Positions 50,479 through 64,000 of a stretch of 64,000 nt of DNA are shown in pieces. The notes under the pieces were generated by a model. The model did no database searches and was not told the origin of the DNA. It worked only from the letters and a program-made list of their open reading frames with translations. The translations under genes were made by a program, and so were the position numbers. Source of the stretch: Magallana gigas. Its lineage: Eukaryota. Location of the stretch: assembly GCF_963853765.1 (NCBI RefSeq), contig NC_088855.1:35712001-35776000 (forward strand), given 5' to 3'. Within the stretch, counting starts at the first letter, position 1; every line of letters starts with the position of its first letter.

Positions 50479-53400
50479 GTACCTGTTTGTAGGTGTGTAG
50501 TTTCCCACTTTTAACTTTAATGGTCTGACTATATGCAATATCTACATAATTTTTTTTTATACCTGTTTATTTTTTTCATTTTATTCCTTTTTATTTAGTT
50601 CAAAATGTCCTGTTGTTTATTTCCTCCCTACTCATATACTTACCTGCCTACTGTACATGCATGCACAATTAGCTTAAAAATGGATCGATATGACAGTAAA
50701 GTATGGCTCTTGCTAGTATGTATATATATAAAATCTCTATATTAAAAAAAGATTAAAAACAAATCATAATTAATGTCAATGAGGCAGGTATCGCAGTCTA
50801 TACTGAAATAGCCAGTACACTCATTACAGATGTTTGATCCATCTCTAAATTTATCGCGGGAAATATAGCCAGGTGCACTGTGACGTCATCCATGACTTTG
50901 TTCATCTTTGTTTACGTTTCTCGACTCAATACGAAGGTATGGAAGCATGTAACAAATCTTTTGAGTCTCGCCAAAGCATATGCGGTACTCAAAACGTGTC
51001 TTCAAACTTTAAGTCACCGTAAATTACGAGTTAAAAGTCGGCCATTTTTGGCATAGCACCACGGGTGAAAACATTAGAGAGCATTATGGGACGTAGACAA
51101 AAAATTTTGTTTGATGAACTGTAGGTTTAGCTCGTTCTTTTTCCCGCGCACACTGGTTCTTAGAGCTCGCTTCGCTCGCTATAAATGCAAAATATGAATA
51201 CTTTTACCCATAGAAATAAAAATTGATACTGAACTGTTTCAGCAATATCATTGAGAAATTTTCTGTATATGAATGCTTGGGTTTGAGGAAGGTTTTTCTT
51301 CAAATAAATGACCATCATACATTTAATTTTCTTATTACAGAATGAATTAATGCAACACTTTCATAAAGGAAGAAGAGATCGGTTTTTCAAGGAATGGAAT
51401 GACAGCCTCCATCCTTCTGTTCGGGATGGAGATGCAGTTGCAAAGAAACTAGAATTCTACTTGAACATATACTTTGCAATTTTCCCAATAAAATTTGCTA
51501 GAGGACAGGTAATACATTTGAAAAAAAAGTACATGCAATATATTATTATTAAGAATACAGTGTAACAATTGTGTTTCGTAAGATTTTATATATCCATGAT
51601 AACAGATATTTGAATAGTTATTTTCATTCACAATGCTTAATGGTAATTATGGGAAACATTTAAAAATGAGAATGACCAGATACTGTTTATTCTTGATCAT
51701 AAAGTTTTACCTGTATATTGACTACGGTAATTAAGATGTTTGTAGATTTATATTTAACTGCCAATGAATAAAGTTTCTGTGTATAAAAGGTAATATACGG
51801 TATCCCGGAATATAAATTATTTGTAATAGAATTAACTGTTCTTTTTTTTAATTCATGAAAATATGATTAATATAAAGACAATGTAAACTAATTTTATAGA
51901 GAGAAGCAGATCGAGCCATGGGAGACTTCAAGAAATACCTGGAGACCAGGGGTGCCTCTTTAAGCCAGACTACAGAGTTTCTGCCTTATTACGCCTTACC
52001 TTTTGTCCCAAATGCCAAAAGTCATCCGTCCTACAAAGAACTTTTCTCTGTAAGCTTTATGATTATGATGTATTTGAATGCTATAATAAATGTTATAATT
52101 TAATGATTGAAAGGTCATGATATATGCTTTTGATACGGCTACAGATTATTACTTTTAAGTGAAAGAGTTTTTTTTTTTTTCCTACAGGATTCTTGGGTGA
52201 AGGACCTGGAGGTGCGAGTGGAAAAGTTTTTAACCTTGACATTAAAATCTAGACCACAACCCAAACTGTTTGAACTTTATGTATCCTTTTCAAAATTGCT
52301 CTCGAACAAAATAACCTGACATGTTTACAATTACATCAATATCTATACTTACCTGCATCAACTTTTTGCATTTTCCCCGAGCTGCCTACGATCATGCCTG
52401 AACTTTTGAGACCACCCCTGTGGTATCATCTAGTGTTTACCCATAATGCACAAGCATACTTCGGTTTCAGTTTTGTTCGGGCATTCGAGAAGAAAAGCCG
52501 CATGCTTTTCTTCGATTAAAAATTTTTAAGCCTGCGGTCTTAACATGTCTGATTCACCTGACATATCCATGTACATGTACCGGTAGTTTGAAAAAATCCA
52601 GTTACATAATAAAAGTTTTATAAACTTAAAGCATATTATTTTTTATCTAATAATTATTATTAAATTATTAAAAATTTAATAATTAATTAACAACACCTTT
52701 AAACCTATTGTTTTCCTTAACCCATTTTCAACAGAGGGGTAACAAGGATGGAGATGAATCAGGTATAGTTAATGCTTCATTTAACCACAGGTACAGGTGA
52801 TATGATGATGATCATAAATTAATTTAAACATGCAGAATCGGATACGGTATACACTTTACCATAGGTATATATATTCATTGCAAGAGCATTCGCAATTTTA
52901 AAGAAAATATTACTTTAGGTTGTACTATGTTAATTAATATATATCTTTGAAGTATAACTTAACTTGCACCTTTTTCTTATTTGACCACATAAAAAACCCT
53001 TAAAGTAATCTCTTGAATAAATGACAGTTGTTGCTATTGCATCTTTATATAATGATACAAAGAAACATGTATGATCATGCATGTTAATTGCTGATATTTT
53101 AGTAATGTACTTGTACCTAAATGAATGGTTGCACTTATTTTGCCAATACAAATTTCTACAGACCAGTTTCAGCAAATTTCTCGCTTGCAACAACAGCTGG
53201 TGGATTCGGAGCGTAAAACAATGTCTTACATAAAACGACACAATCGTGTTCAGGTAATGGTTCGACACTGACTGTCAGTCACATAACACTGCATGGGGCA
53301 CAGTAGATGTACTTTTACATAAGCTAGTGGCAGACAAGAATTTCTCTTGATCATAGAATAAGCTGGTCATGGACTCATCCTTCAAGATGAAGTTTGCACT

Positions 53401-56400
53401 GCAGAATTGCATTTGGCTCATGTGGTCTGAGAAATGATACTGGAGATAGAGGTCATTAGATTTCTCTGATAATGATCTTTATATCCAGATATTTCAGATT
53501 AGGAACCACTGTTCATCAGCCACTGGTCACACAAGCTTACTAACATTGTCCCAGCTAGGATCTTTAACAAGTACATGTACTCTTTCTATGTGTACTAATA
53601 AGCATGAGTTTTATCTCTTCTACCTTTCTACTAACACACATTGCTTCTTTTTTCGTTTATAATAAAACAGAGAGCTTTGGGGTAAGTTTTCACACCACAG
53701 ACAAAATACTTGAGAGTAGAGTAATCTAAAACAAGATGATCATAAACAAAACTCGCAAAAATTTGTTTTTTCCAAAGATTAATGTGCTATAAATTCCAAA
53801 TTTATAATCTGATAAATTTCAGATTTTTATTTTGTCTATGGTGTCATTGATTTAATATTTACATGATTTAAATCATAACAGCACTTTGATAGACGGTACA
53901 TTTGGTATTTTGCTGTTGTTTGAAACTTTCCTTTGACCCATAGATGTTCCACAACTTGCACTTTAATTGTTGAGAATAGATTTGACAAGACTATAATGTA
54001 CTTCTCAATTGAGCTCTTTGTTTTCATATACATGTACACTGTACCATAGATTTCATTGCTTATTTCACATTTACATTCTCTTAGTCTTCACTCTGGTTAA
54101 AGTGTACTTGTGTAGTAACTCTGGCCTTCAATGTATCTATCACTATTCAAAACAAAAATTGATGAAAATTAAGTAATTCTTTTGTAGAATACTTTTATGT
54201 CCGTTACCCTGTAGAAATTTTTGAACTAGTGTTTTTTGTAATAAATTAGGAGACTAAAATGCATTTTTATTTGAAATATGTCAAAAAGATAAAGAAAAAC
54301 TGGAAATACACATACAGTATGATTGTGAAATAGTAAGAACTATTGATTCAGATATTAAAGCAAATACCAATGACTGCAATAAGCATATGGATTTATATCA
54401 TGTTTGCTACTTTCCTTGTAGGCTGATTACCACAACTTAATTGGAATCACAGCTGATCTAGTTGATGCTTTGGAATCCACTGTTCAAGGAAAACCTGTAA
54501 GTGGTTTTCTTCATCATTATTATAGTATTACATTATTATACATGTATTATAATTGAATATTGTTTGCTTTTGTGAACAATGGGAAATTTGTTTAAGTCAG
54601 TTATTCATTTTATTTAACTAATATCATGATGTTTACTGCACATCTCAATATTCAAATTACATTCAGTTGAGTTACTGTATGATCGACATGCATAGTCATG
54701 GACATTTTTAAATCAGTTTGAGATCATGGTATAATTAACAAAGAAGGCATATTCATGAGTATTTACATTTACAATTCAAGCTCATTCAAGCTGTCTGAGT
54801 ATTAACTAATAAGACTTAGATTTGGGTAAACTTTTATTTTACATTTTCTATGTTCATGCACATATATAGTTTATAGTGTCATTTGTGATTGATTTGTTTA
54901 ATTCTAGATAACGCCAGAATATCTGCAAGAAATATGTTCTCGTCTATTCAGTCACCATGTCGCTGGATCTGTCGATTTCACCAGGCCCGGAACAGCTAGT
55001 CAATTTCTCAGACAGTCCATTGCTCCTCAGATGTAAGAGCTCTCCTTATGTGTAACTTTTAATATTTTGTGCTTTATTACTTGTTAAAAGAAGAATGAAG
55101 AAATTCTTTGTTGAATTATTATTTGAAGGTCAAAGATGGCACTGGCATCTTCATATGTATATATTTGGCTTTGACAATGATTAATCACAGTATTAAGTAA
55201 TACAAGTACACATGTTACAGGCAGCCTATGCAGGAGCCAGATGCCTACCCACCACTTGACTTCCCCAAGGTCAAAGAAGACTTGGCTGGTGGACCAAACA
55301 AAAAGAAAGCACTTCTACTACAGGCTATAAGATGGGTGAGAGAAAATTTGCAGGCTTATCATTTGTAACAGTGCAATGAAGAATTGCTCAGTGTTGTCAG
55401 CAGCTTATAAAAGGAAACATTTTCCCATCATTTTCATCAACATGATGTACACTGCATATTTCAAATACCATATTCATTTTTCTAACCAACTGAATGTACC
55501 GGTATATTGTACCTTCAATTAGAGGTTGACTCAGTCCAATCCACAGCAAAGGGACACAACTATGACTGCATACAGAGACAACGACTTGCTAGGGTGTGCT
55601 AAAGCAGGGGCTCACAGGGTAAGGCAGACAACTCTTGATAAACCACAATTCTAAATATACAATTGTGTTTCTATGCTGAGAGTTACAAGTTACCCGTAAT
55701 GCGGGTTGTCCATTACAGACGGCTGTGTTGGGTCTTCTGACTTCACCTGATGACACAGTGAAACAGACAGCAGCCAGGCTCTTCAATGCTTTTGCTTCCC
55801 TGTGTGCAGGTCGGTTTACATTAAAGTTTGTGGGAGCAATTTTTTGAGATTAAAAGTACTATTTAAAGGTTCATAAGAGCCTACTTTATTCAATGATTTA
55901 TTAATTGATACCATACGTTCAGTAATTTGAGTATCTGAATTAATTGGGGATGGGACCCCAAAAATTTAGTAAAAATTGAGCCACCACAAATTTAAATGTT
56001 CCACACTAAATAACAATGCTACAAAACACATTGTGATACTTATGTATGCAGAAATCAGTTTCAAATTTTTGTTGACAAGTTGAAATCTCTTTCCTGTTAG
56101 AGTGTTTTGTATTGTAATATTAAGTCAAAAGAACGGAAGAATCATACAGTATGTATATGTGTTTAAGGTCGCACCTACTTAGCACAGAACCAGGAATTGT
56201 TTAAAGCTCTTCTGGACAATCTACACAGTGAGGAGAAAGAGTCCATCACCAGAGAAATGGTTCTAGGGGCCCTGCAGAAACTGAGTCTCAGGTGTGTGTA
56301 TAAACTATGCCAATTTTATGAAATTCAGTGTGAAATACAATGCTATTTTATCCACATATACATTTACATATCATCATACCATATCAAGGATACTTATTTG

Positions 56401-59400
56401 AAGGTCAAATACAGGTAAGCTTTAATAGAGAGGATTTTAAAAAAAATTCATTTACATACAATGTACATTGTTGTAGGCGTAACCTGCAGTCCTCAATGAT
56501 TGATGCTGGGTTGATTGAGTGGCTGGTTAAAGTTCTGGAAGATAACGACAATTTGTCTGATTATACTCTGGAGTACTCTGTCGCACTTCTTATGAACCTC
56601 TGTCTTAGAACATCAGGTTTGTTAAAACTTTCTTATGAATAAAAAAGAATGATTCTTGATAATAACAGGAATTTTGACTTTTAACCAAATATGTATATTC
56701 AAAACTTTTGTTAGGGTTAGCAGGAATAGAAAATTGACTGAATAATAAATAGTTGTTCACCAAATAATAATGTGTGGATGCTTTCAATGGTTGTAGGTAA
56801 AAAGCGTTGTGTAGGAAATGCCCACCAAACCCTTAAAGTCCTCAGTGATCTTTTGGGTCATGAAAATCAAGAAGTAAGGAACAGTTGTAAAAAGAAATGA
56901 TATTTAATATGATTTATTTTTATAGTATAATAGTATAATGAATACTTATTTTGAATACTTCAATTTATAGATCCGTCCATATGTAAATGGTGCCCTGTAT
57001 AGCATTCTAGCTATTCCATCCATCAGGGAAGAAGCTAAAGCCATGGTATGATTTTTCTCTAATGAAAATTTTTTTTAACTATTGTTTTTATACCATGTCC
57101 ACATGGTTCCAAATATTGCACCCAAACCCACAAGTTCATGCGAGCGGTGCGGATCTTTTGTTAATTGTTGGTGTTAGCAGGCATACTCTCTCTAAACGAT
57201 CCTTGAGTGTGCTCACACCCCCAAATAAGGACGGTTAAATCTCGTGCTACATTGAAATCTTCATATAACTTTCTGATTGTAAAAAAATATAGGTGTTTAA
57301 GAATCACACGTGCAAAATGTATCTATAAAATAGCTTGATATAATTGTTTAGAATTAACAAGAAGTTGAATTGAAAGTGTGTTAGTTATAATAAGTCTTCA
57401 GATTTTAATACTTCTCCAAGATAAAACAAAAAAAATCACATCAGATTTTGAAAGAAAACATAGGAAAAATTAGCGTTTATTTCAAGGGAGGTAACTGCAA
57501 AAACTTAAATATTAAGATATAAGTTATCTTTCTTGGTAACTTTTGCTATAGGGTATGGAGGAAATCCTGCGATGTTTTATCAAAGATGACCAGCCAGATA
57601 TGAACCGACAAATTGAATTTATCATAAAACAGTTGAATTCAGGTACAGTATCCCCTATTTTTCCATAAAATAGAGTAAAACGGATGTTTTAACAAAAATG
57701 CGTAATATATTTACTCCATGTATTGAATTTTCCATTCATTAAGCTTTATAACTATGTTAATTTTGGTAAAAAATTTAGGAGTTTTAACAATATTGTTAAC
57801 TTAAAAGTATGTAGAAACTAGGAAACAGGGTGTTAATATCTGGAAAAGAAATTACAATTTAAGTAATAATATCATGATTGTTTGTGACATTGCATTATGC
57901 ATATAAACTCCATGAACGTGTAATGGAACTGATTTATGAATATCAAATGTAATAGCTGTTAACGATTATCTCTTTTTACTTCTCAGTTCAAAGATTAAAA
58001 AACAAAATGTAATTAACAAAATGTATAAATGCTGGTTTATTTGGGCAGTGGAGGCAGTAGATGATAATGAATCGGATGATGAAGAAGATGACGAGGAAGA
58101 GGTTAGTGGCTTCATCCTTCAAATAATAACAGAATAAAAACAGAAAAAAACAGACATCATATATCCTGTAGTTCTTATGCAGAGTGTTGATATTATCATG
58201 AACGTACATATACATGAACTTACATGTTCATTACATGATTTTAGATATATGTTGTGACCCAAATTTTCAAGTTCCTGACTTCTTGTATACACTCAATGAG
58301 ACCAGTACTGAGTAGTAGACTGCTGCAATGGATTCTCCAAAATATTTGAGAGCATTTAGTTTGTTAACTTGTCATACTATGTCTTTTAAATAAGCTTTTG
58401 AATGTCAATGGTTTTGGTTCCCATTGAGTAATTCTCAAAGAGAATGATTAATTTTTAGAAGAAAAATAAAAATGCTTGGCTGGTGATGACCAGATTTTTT
58501 ACACTAACATTGTTTTGTAGGAAGACCAAGATGCCATGGAGTTGGATTTAGACAAGGATGAAGAAATTCAGCTTGATAACAGTGATTCTACTGGAGAAAA
58601 ACTTCTGACAGAGGAGTATCAGGCAGTAGCCGGCTCAGCCAAGTCCAAGAAAAGGGTCAGTATTTAAATCAACCTTCGAAAAGGTAAACGACTGTTGCTC
58701 CAAATGATGAATTTCCATTATTTACTACTAATTCTGATTGTATGTCATGGCTTGAGTTGAGATTGTTGTTAAAAATGAAAAGTTATTGATTTGCACAGTC
58801 AAAATATTTTCTTGACACTGACTTGAGCTATGTATTCTTGTAGCACATAGACTCTGTTCTGAATGAGCCTCTCCAGAGACCCATCACGCCTAGTCAACGT
58901 CGAGCCTCCGAGCATTCCTCAATCATCCAGTAAGTACATGTCATTATTCATAATTAGGACCAGATTCTGTAACTCCGATGTTCCTGGCTTTTGGAAGAGT
59001 AGTAATGTGAAAGAAAATTCTGTAAAAAAAAAATTTGTACAATTATTATTTTGATATGCCATCAGGAGTCGTCCCCCTTCCCAGCTGTCACAGATTCCTG
59101 AGGGTAGAACAGACATGTCCCGTCCCCCGACCAGGAGTGGAAGTCGCCCAAACACACAGGACGGACTCAGATCTGGTCAGTCAATTCCTTACATGTACAA
59201 TATTCTTGTGCAAAGATAATGGCAAATGGTTTTTCAAAAAAAAGATTAAAATGAAAATTATAATATTCAATTATAATTATTGATTAGTTAAGTATTATTA
59301 ATTATAATTTATTTATAATTTCATTTTACAAATTATATAGAATATAACGAATTTATTATGCACGTATTTTTTTTAAAAACATTGCCTTCATGCATGTTCT

Positions 59401-61169
59401 TACAGCGTCAAGAGCTAGTCAGTTGAGCCAAGGCAGTGCTCGGGCCAGTAAGGACGTTCCCGAGTAAGTGAGGATATTCTGTATGATTATGTCATATGGA
59501 GATCTATCTCTGTTGTAGACTTCAGCTTGTGAGATTTACTAACTTTTTCCAAGATTGTTACACATTTTTGTTTTCATTTGAAAAAGTTTTACTTTGATAT
59601 TTTAGAGTGAAGGAGTACAACCAGGCTTTCGGTTCTCGTCCCAAGATTCCACGCACACCTGACGTATCTAGTCTAGGGAAGCCTTCTGACTCCGCCAGCC
59701 AGGGGCGAAACTCTCAGCAGAGTCTGGGCAAACTCTCACAGCACAGTCAAGGGCGAAGTTCCCTGCAGAGTCAGGGCAAAACCTCTCAGTCAAAAGTTCC
59801 CCGTACCCCAGACTCGGGTAAACGCCCTACCAGCCGGGGGTCCATCAGTGGCATGCCTCCCCCTCAACCTCAGTACTCAGAATCAGGACCCCGCCCGAGT
59901 TCAGCAGGAAAATCAGGTAAAAACGGGCAAGTTTATGTCGACATAAAAAATTTGAAAGCTTTTTATTTTTTAAAGATTTTGGTAAATCAGTATTTTAGAA
60001 AAAATAAAATTATAATGTGTGTTAAAATGTTTCAGCAAATGGATCTGAAAGTGGCACTGGTAATTCTAATGCTTTAATTAGTAGACTGAAACCTGATTTA
60101 TTGTTGTAATAAAGCGTACTGTAGTATGGAGAAGGGAATATCTCTCTCTTGTCTCATAATTGTACCCTCCTCTCCTAACTTATTTATCGATCAATTTGAA
60201 ATTAAACTTTACACTGTACATGTAGATAACAGGGTGAAAAGTTTACTTTATAAATGTAATCATAAGTATTTTTTGTTTGATTGACAGCATCTTAGACTGT
60301 AGTGTATAGTGGAATAGACTGGGTAAAATATGCACGTTTGTTTCTGAACACCATTTATTTACTATACCCAATCTCCTCACTGGGAGCTGTCGTCTACAGT
60401 TTGAAATTGTGCAATGTACATTTGGGTGATTTGTTGAAATGCACCTAACACATATAAGTTGCAACACTGGGGTAAAGACATAACTTTCCAAGTTAAAAAA
60501 AAGTTTACAAACAAACACTGCAGGCACCAGTCCTTTGTTTGTGGAGCGTAGTTTGAGTGACAGCAGGGATTACCGATGCATGTACACAGGCCTAACAGTA
60601 TTTGGTATCAATGTTCAGTCAGTTTAATGTTTACACACTTTATAGGTTTTGTTTCCAGTTTCTGTTAAGGAATGTTTGAATATTTGACTTGATCAAAGCA
60701 GGATTAATACCATGCAGTACATAAAATTGATCCCTGCACTGACTGAAATGTGGAGTTGGTTTCTGTAACTTGTTGTATTTTTTGTTGAGTATTCTCCTCT
60801 TGAGTTTCTATTGTTGGTGAACCACTTTAAGTTTCAATTACATTTACATACAATAAATTACAGTTTATGGTATAGCTTTTATATTAAATATCAATTGAAT
60901 TATTGCTAACCCCAGATGTTTTTTACTTTAATTTATACAGAATGATAGAAATTCTGGATAGAATAATATGAAAATGTTTTTATAAAAGAAAAGTTAACTG
61001 TGATCTTGATACTTTAGACAAATAAGTAGTTTTGCATTATCTGTTTTTTTCTTCATTTTAGCACTTTAACAATTTTGCATTATTGTTTTTTTTTTTCATT
61101 TTAGCACCTCCATCAAGGAAAGGATCTGTTGCTAGTCAAAGAGAAGTGCCTAAAACACCTGAGACATAG
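49293..61169 (+). CDS. ARMC9: LisH domain-containing protein ARMC9 (ciliary), 25 coding exons
   Basis: Exons 49293-49352, 49734-49859, 51341-51508, 51900-52049, 52188-52280, 52735-52762, 53162-53253, 54422-54496, 54908-55032, 55221-55335, 55523-55618, 55719-55809, 56168-56291, 56477-56616, 56797-56873, 56971-57045, 57552-57642, 58049-58101, 58521-58655, 58844-58929, 59066-59175, 59406-59463, 59606-59916, 60036-60059, 61105-61169 (TAG), all GT-AG and phase-compatible. Peptides [77 protein letters not shown] and EPLQRP match vertebrate ARMC9 as recalled. The low-complexity 3' exons are less certain. Confidence 0.94.
50047..50381. mobile_element. MITE with GGCGTCGGAA TIRs and C/G runs (ARMC9 intron 2)
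   Basis: CATAGGCGTCGGAA ... TTCCGACGCCAGTG. The internal CGGATTAGGATTTTCATGATTTT is shared with a fragment at ~26309. Confidence 0.7.
50427..50476. repeat. (GA)n microsatellite
   Basis: Direct reading. Confidence 0.95.
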
Positions 61170-64000
61170 TCATATACATAGCCACTGTCCCTGTCTAATA
61201 ATTCATATCATTCCAGTGTTGTCTAATAACTGGATCTTCTTTTTTATATTGTATTAGTTGTCCAGGAATTTACTTTATTTTTAATAAAATTAATATAGAT
61301 TTATTTATAAAAGATGTAAACTATTTAGAACTAGAAACTAAATGGACATTTATTTATTCAATAGATATATACATGTATATACATCTGTTAGGAACACAAA
61401 CTGATATTGTTTCGTTATGATTACTTCATTTCCATACATTGTTTAGAGTTTGACGTAACCTTCCGGTATTTCTTTAATGATATTTTCTAATATAGTGCTC
61501 ATAAGACTGTAAATTGTGCTAAATTATTCTTCATTTCCCAATAATACCGGTACTTGTTATAAGAGAGAACTTTTTGATATTTACAAGTAAATACATAATG
61601 TAGTACATGTATGGTTTTTCTTCTAATGTTAAATGCATGTAGGTTTTAGATGAATGTTTTTTCTGCAAGAAAGAATCTCGTAAATTTTTGACAGATAAAT
61701 CCTTTTTAAAACAGTCCAGTAATTATACAACTTATTGATATTTGTAGTTTTTGCATTGTCTGTGATATTTTTAACTGGTTGTATTTAAATCCTCAAATTT
61801 TATTTCTCATTTTATCTGATGTACTGGTTGTAATCTAATTTTCATATTTTTTGTATTCATAATCTGATGTTGATATAACTGCAATAATGTGACCCTCTAT
61901 AGCTTCAAGTCTTTTAATTAATTTTTGTTGGGGGTGTTAAAAAATCAAGAGATTCAGAGAGGGCTACATACATTATAGTATGTATAGGTACCAATAAATT
62001 TGATACTCAGCTTCCTGAAGTATTTTACAATTAATTCTAAATACATGTATTAACAACATTCTGTACAAAGGTTTGTGCTAATGTTTTTTGTTGTTGAAAT
62101 TTTAAATATCTTAATTGATGGTCAAATTTAAAACTATGGAAACTGAAAATGTTATTTACATGTAGACATACTTTTACAATGTACGTGTGTATTATTTTAG
62201 AACTATAGAATCACTTTTGGCTTTAAGTTTAAATGTGCAAAAACCAGTTTACAGTATAAGGTGAAAACGACAAATTTAAGTCTTGTATATGTATTGTGCA
62301 TTGTATTCAGCAAAAACATAGTGCTTGGTATGCTTGTATTGATTCTATAGAATGTGAGTGATCAGTGGAGTTCTCACTGCCTGCTGTTCATTTGTACTGT
62401 ACATTGTGGTCCACTTTTTCTTTCAATGTATGGTATAATTTGTTTACATTAAATTTTCTTAATGTTACTAATTTGTCAATAGCAACATCTCAGTCAATTA
62501 AACTTTTAAAAATGAATTTTGTGGTATTTTTTATGACTCGGGAATAGTTTATCACATATTTTGATCATAATGGAGTAGAATTACTTAACATGTACCAGTA
62601 TAATACCAATACATATTTTAAGCCAGTATATTATTACCAGTAGTAACATGTACCATTACATACAGTAGTTAACTCACATGTGTTTCACATCCATCTGTAA
62701 GAGTCATCCTTCATATTAAAGAATGAGTCAAAGGTTTCTGAATTGGACCAATGGGCTTTTTTTTTTTAAATATGGAGATTTGGTATGCTGGTTTGTTTGA
62801 TTACCTTGAGGGCCAGTCATCTTAATTCATGTACTACCCAATAACCAAAATATTGTAAATGAAAGAATGAACTCAAAATTGGTCCAAAACATGTATTTAA
62901 AATGAGTAAAATCTAAACCAAGCAAATGGAAGGTGGTGGGCTCTCTTGTTTTGATCAAAGAAAAAGTCACAACCTTATCAACTGGGGGAGGACTTTCTAC
63001 ATATAATATTGACACTTTAAGTCTTGTTATGGGGGAAGTTTCAACCTTGTTCATGTAACACCCAACCCGACATCTTCAATAACAATAACAAGTGATATCT
63101 ATCAAGTTTAATGACTGTCATTTTTTCCTTCCATATCTATCTGATATAGCATACAGTACATTCTTTTATAAAGGGCAACATAGCAGAATACACATCAGGA
63201 CTACTACATAGTAGCATACACTATATCAGCTGAACATCTGGCACTAGAAAAAAAACTAGATTCTCACAACCATTGCTCTGTTAGTACAGAAAATTTGAAA
63301 TACAGAATGATATTTATCAAAAGTATGGAAGAAGCTGGGAGAACTGTACAGTGATCTGTATAAAAAAAAATTAACAGCAAAAACTGCAGTACGTGAACTG
63401 AACAAGTTGAATGAATCGGTTCACACAAGATAATCTGGTAAAAAAAGTACCCTACATAAGCCCATTAATGAATGAAAAGCCCATAAACCTCGTCACTTTA
63501 ACCAAATCACACAGGATCCAAAAACCAAAATCATAGAAATGTTAATTAACGATTATTTAGGAAATGTCCTGAGATTCTGATTTTTCTTCACACCTTTGTT
63601 TGATTGGCACAATACTCTCAGCATACTCTGTGAGAAGAGATTTCTGGAACATATCAGCTCTAGTACATTGTCTATGAGTAAATTATACATATACTGTTAT
63701 AAACATATATGTAGCTATTCTACATATTGCATCCCGTTTTCTGAGATAACTTCTGTTTTTTTAATACTCTAAGAAGATCCAGTGATTGTATTTTTCTTCT
63801 GTAAAATATATAGTCTGGTATATAATATCACAGCGATGCAAAAATCAGCGAATGTTAGTAAAATCCAGGAGTTTTAATATTTATCGTGGAGTTTTCTTTC
63901 CTTTCGGTGCGGCTTTTTTCCCTACAAATAAAGAAATTTTTAAAATTGATGAATAAATTTAACATAACATCAATAGAAAGATTTCATTCTCTGTATCAAT

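Noticed and set aside
61170-64000. Short ORFs downstream of ARMC9 (62365-62547, 62827-63054)
   Set aside because: AT-rich UTR or intergenic sequence with no recognisable peptide or consistent exon chain.

Overview
AT-rich, intron-containing animal genomic DNA. The repeat content is typical of a bivalve, probably an oyster (Crassostrea/Magallana); this is inference. There are two short N gaps. Hand-spliced gene models in order: CNTD1 (+, 7 coding exons, 42-5916); MTHFR (-, 9 coding exons, 9115-14492); a MYORG-like GH31 glycosidase (+, one coding exon, 18953-20977); three tandem GRHPR-like D-2-hydroxyacid dehydrogenase genes (-, each with 3 coding exons and matching intron positions); an 8-finger C2H2 zinc-finger gene (+); and ARMC9 (+, 25 coding exons, 49293-61169). 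Introns and intergenic DNA hold many non-autonomous DNA elements: Helentron/HINE-type elements, fold-back elements, MITEs and hairpin-bearing elements. Two observations stand out. (1) A 1.36-kb fold-back transposon (39282-40641) has ~540-bp terminal inverted repeats (TIRs) and an 8-bp target-site duplication (TSD), and its centre is the 5' end of a stand-alone PIF1-type helicase. (2) The middle GRHPR paralog has an intact reading frame and NAD-binding motif but lacks the Arg/Glu/His catalytic residues, so it is a candidate pseudoenzyme. No database searches were run; homology calls rest on remembered family motifs.
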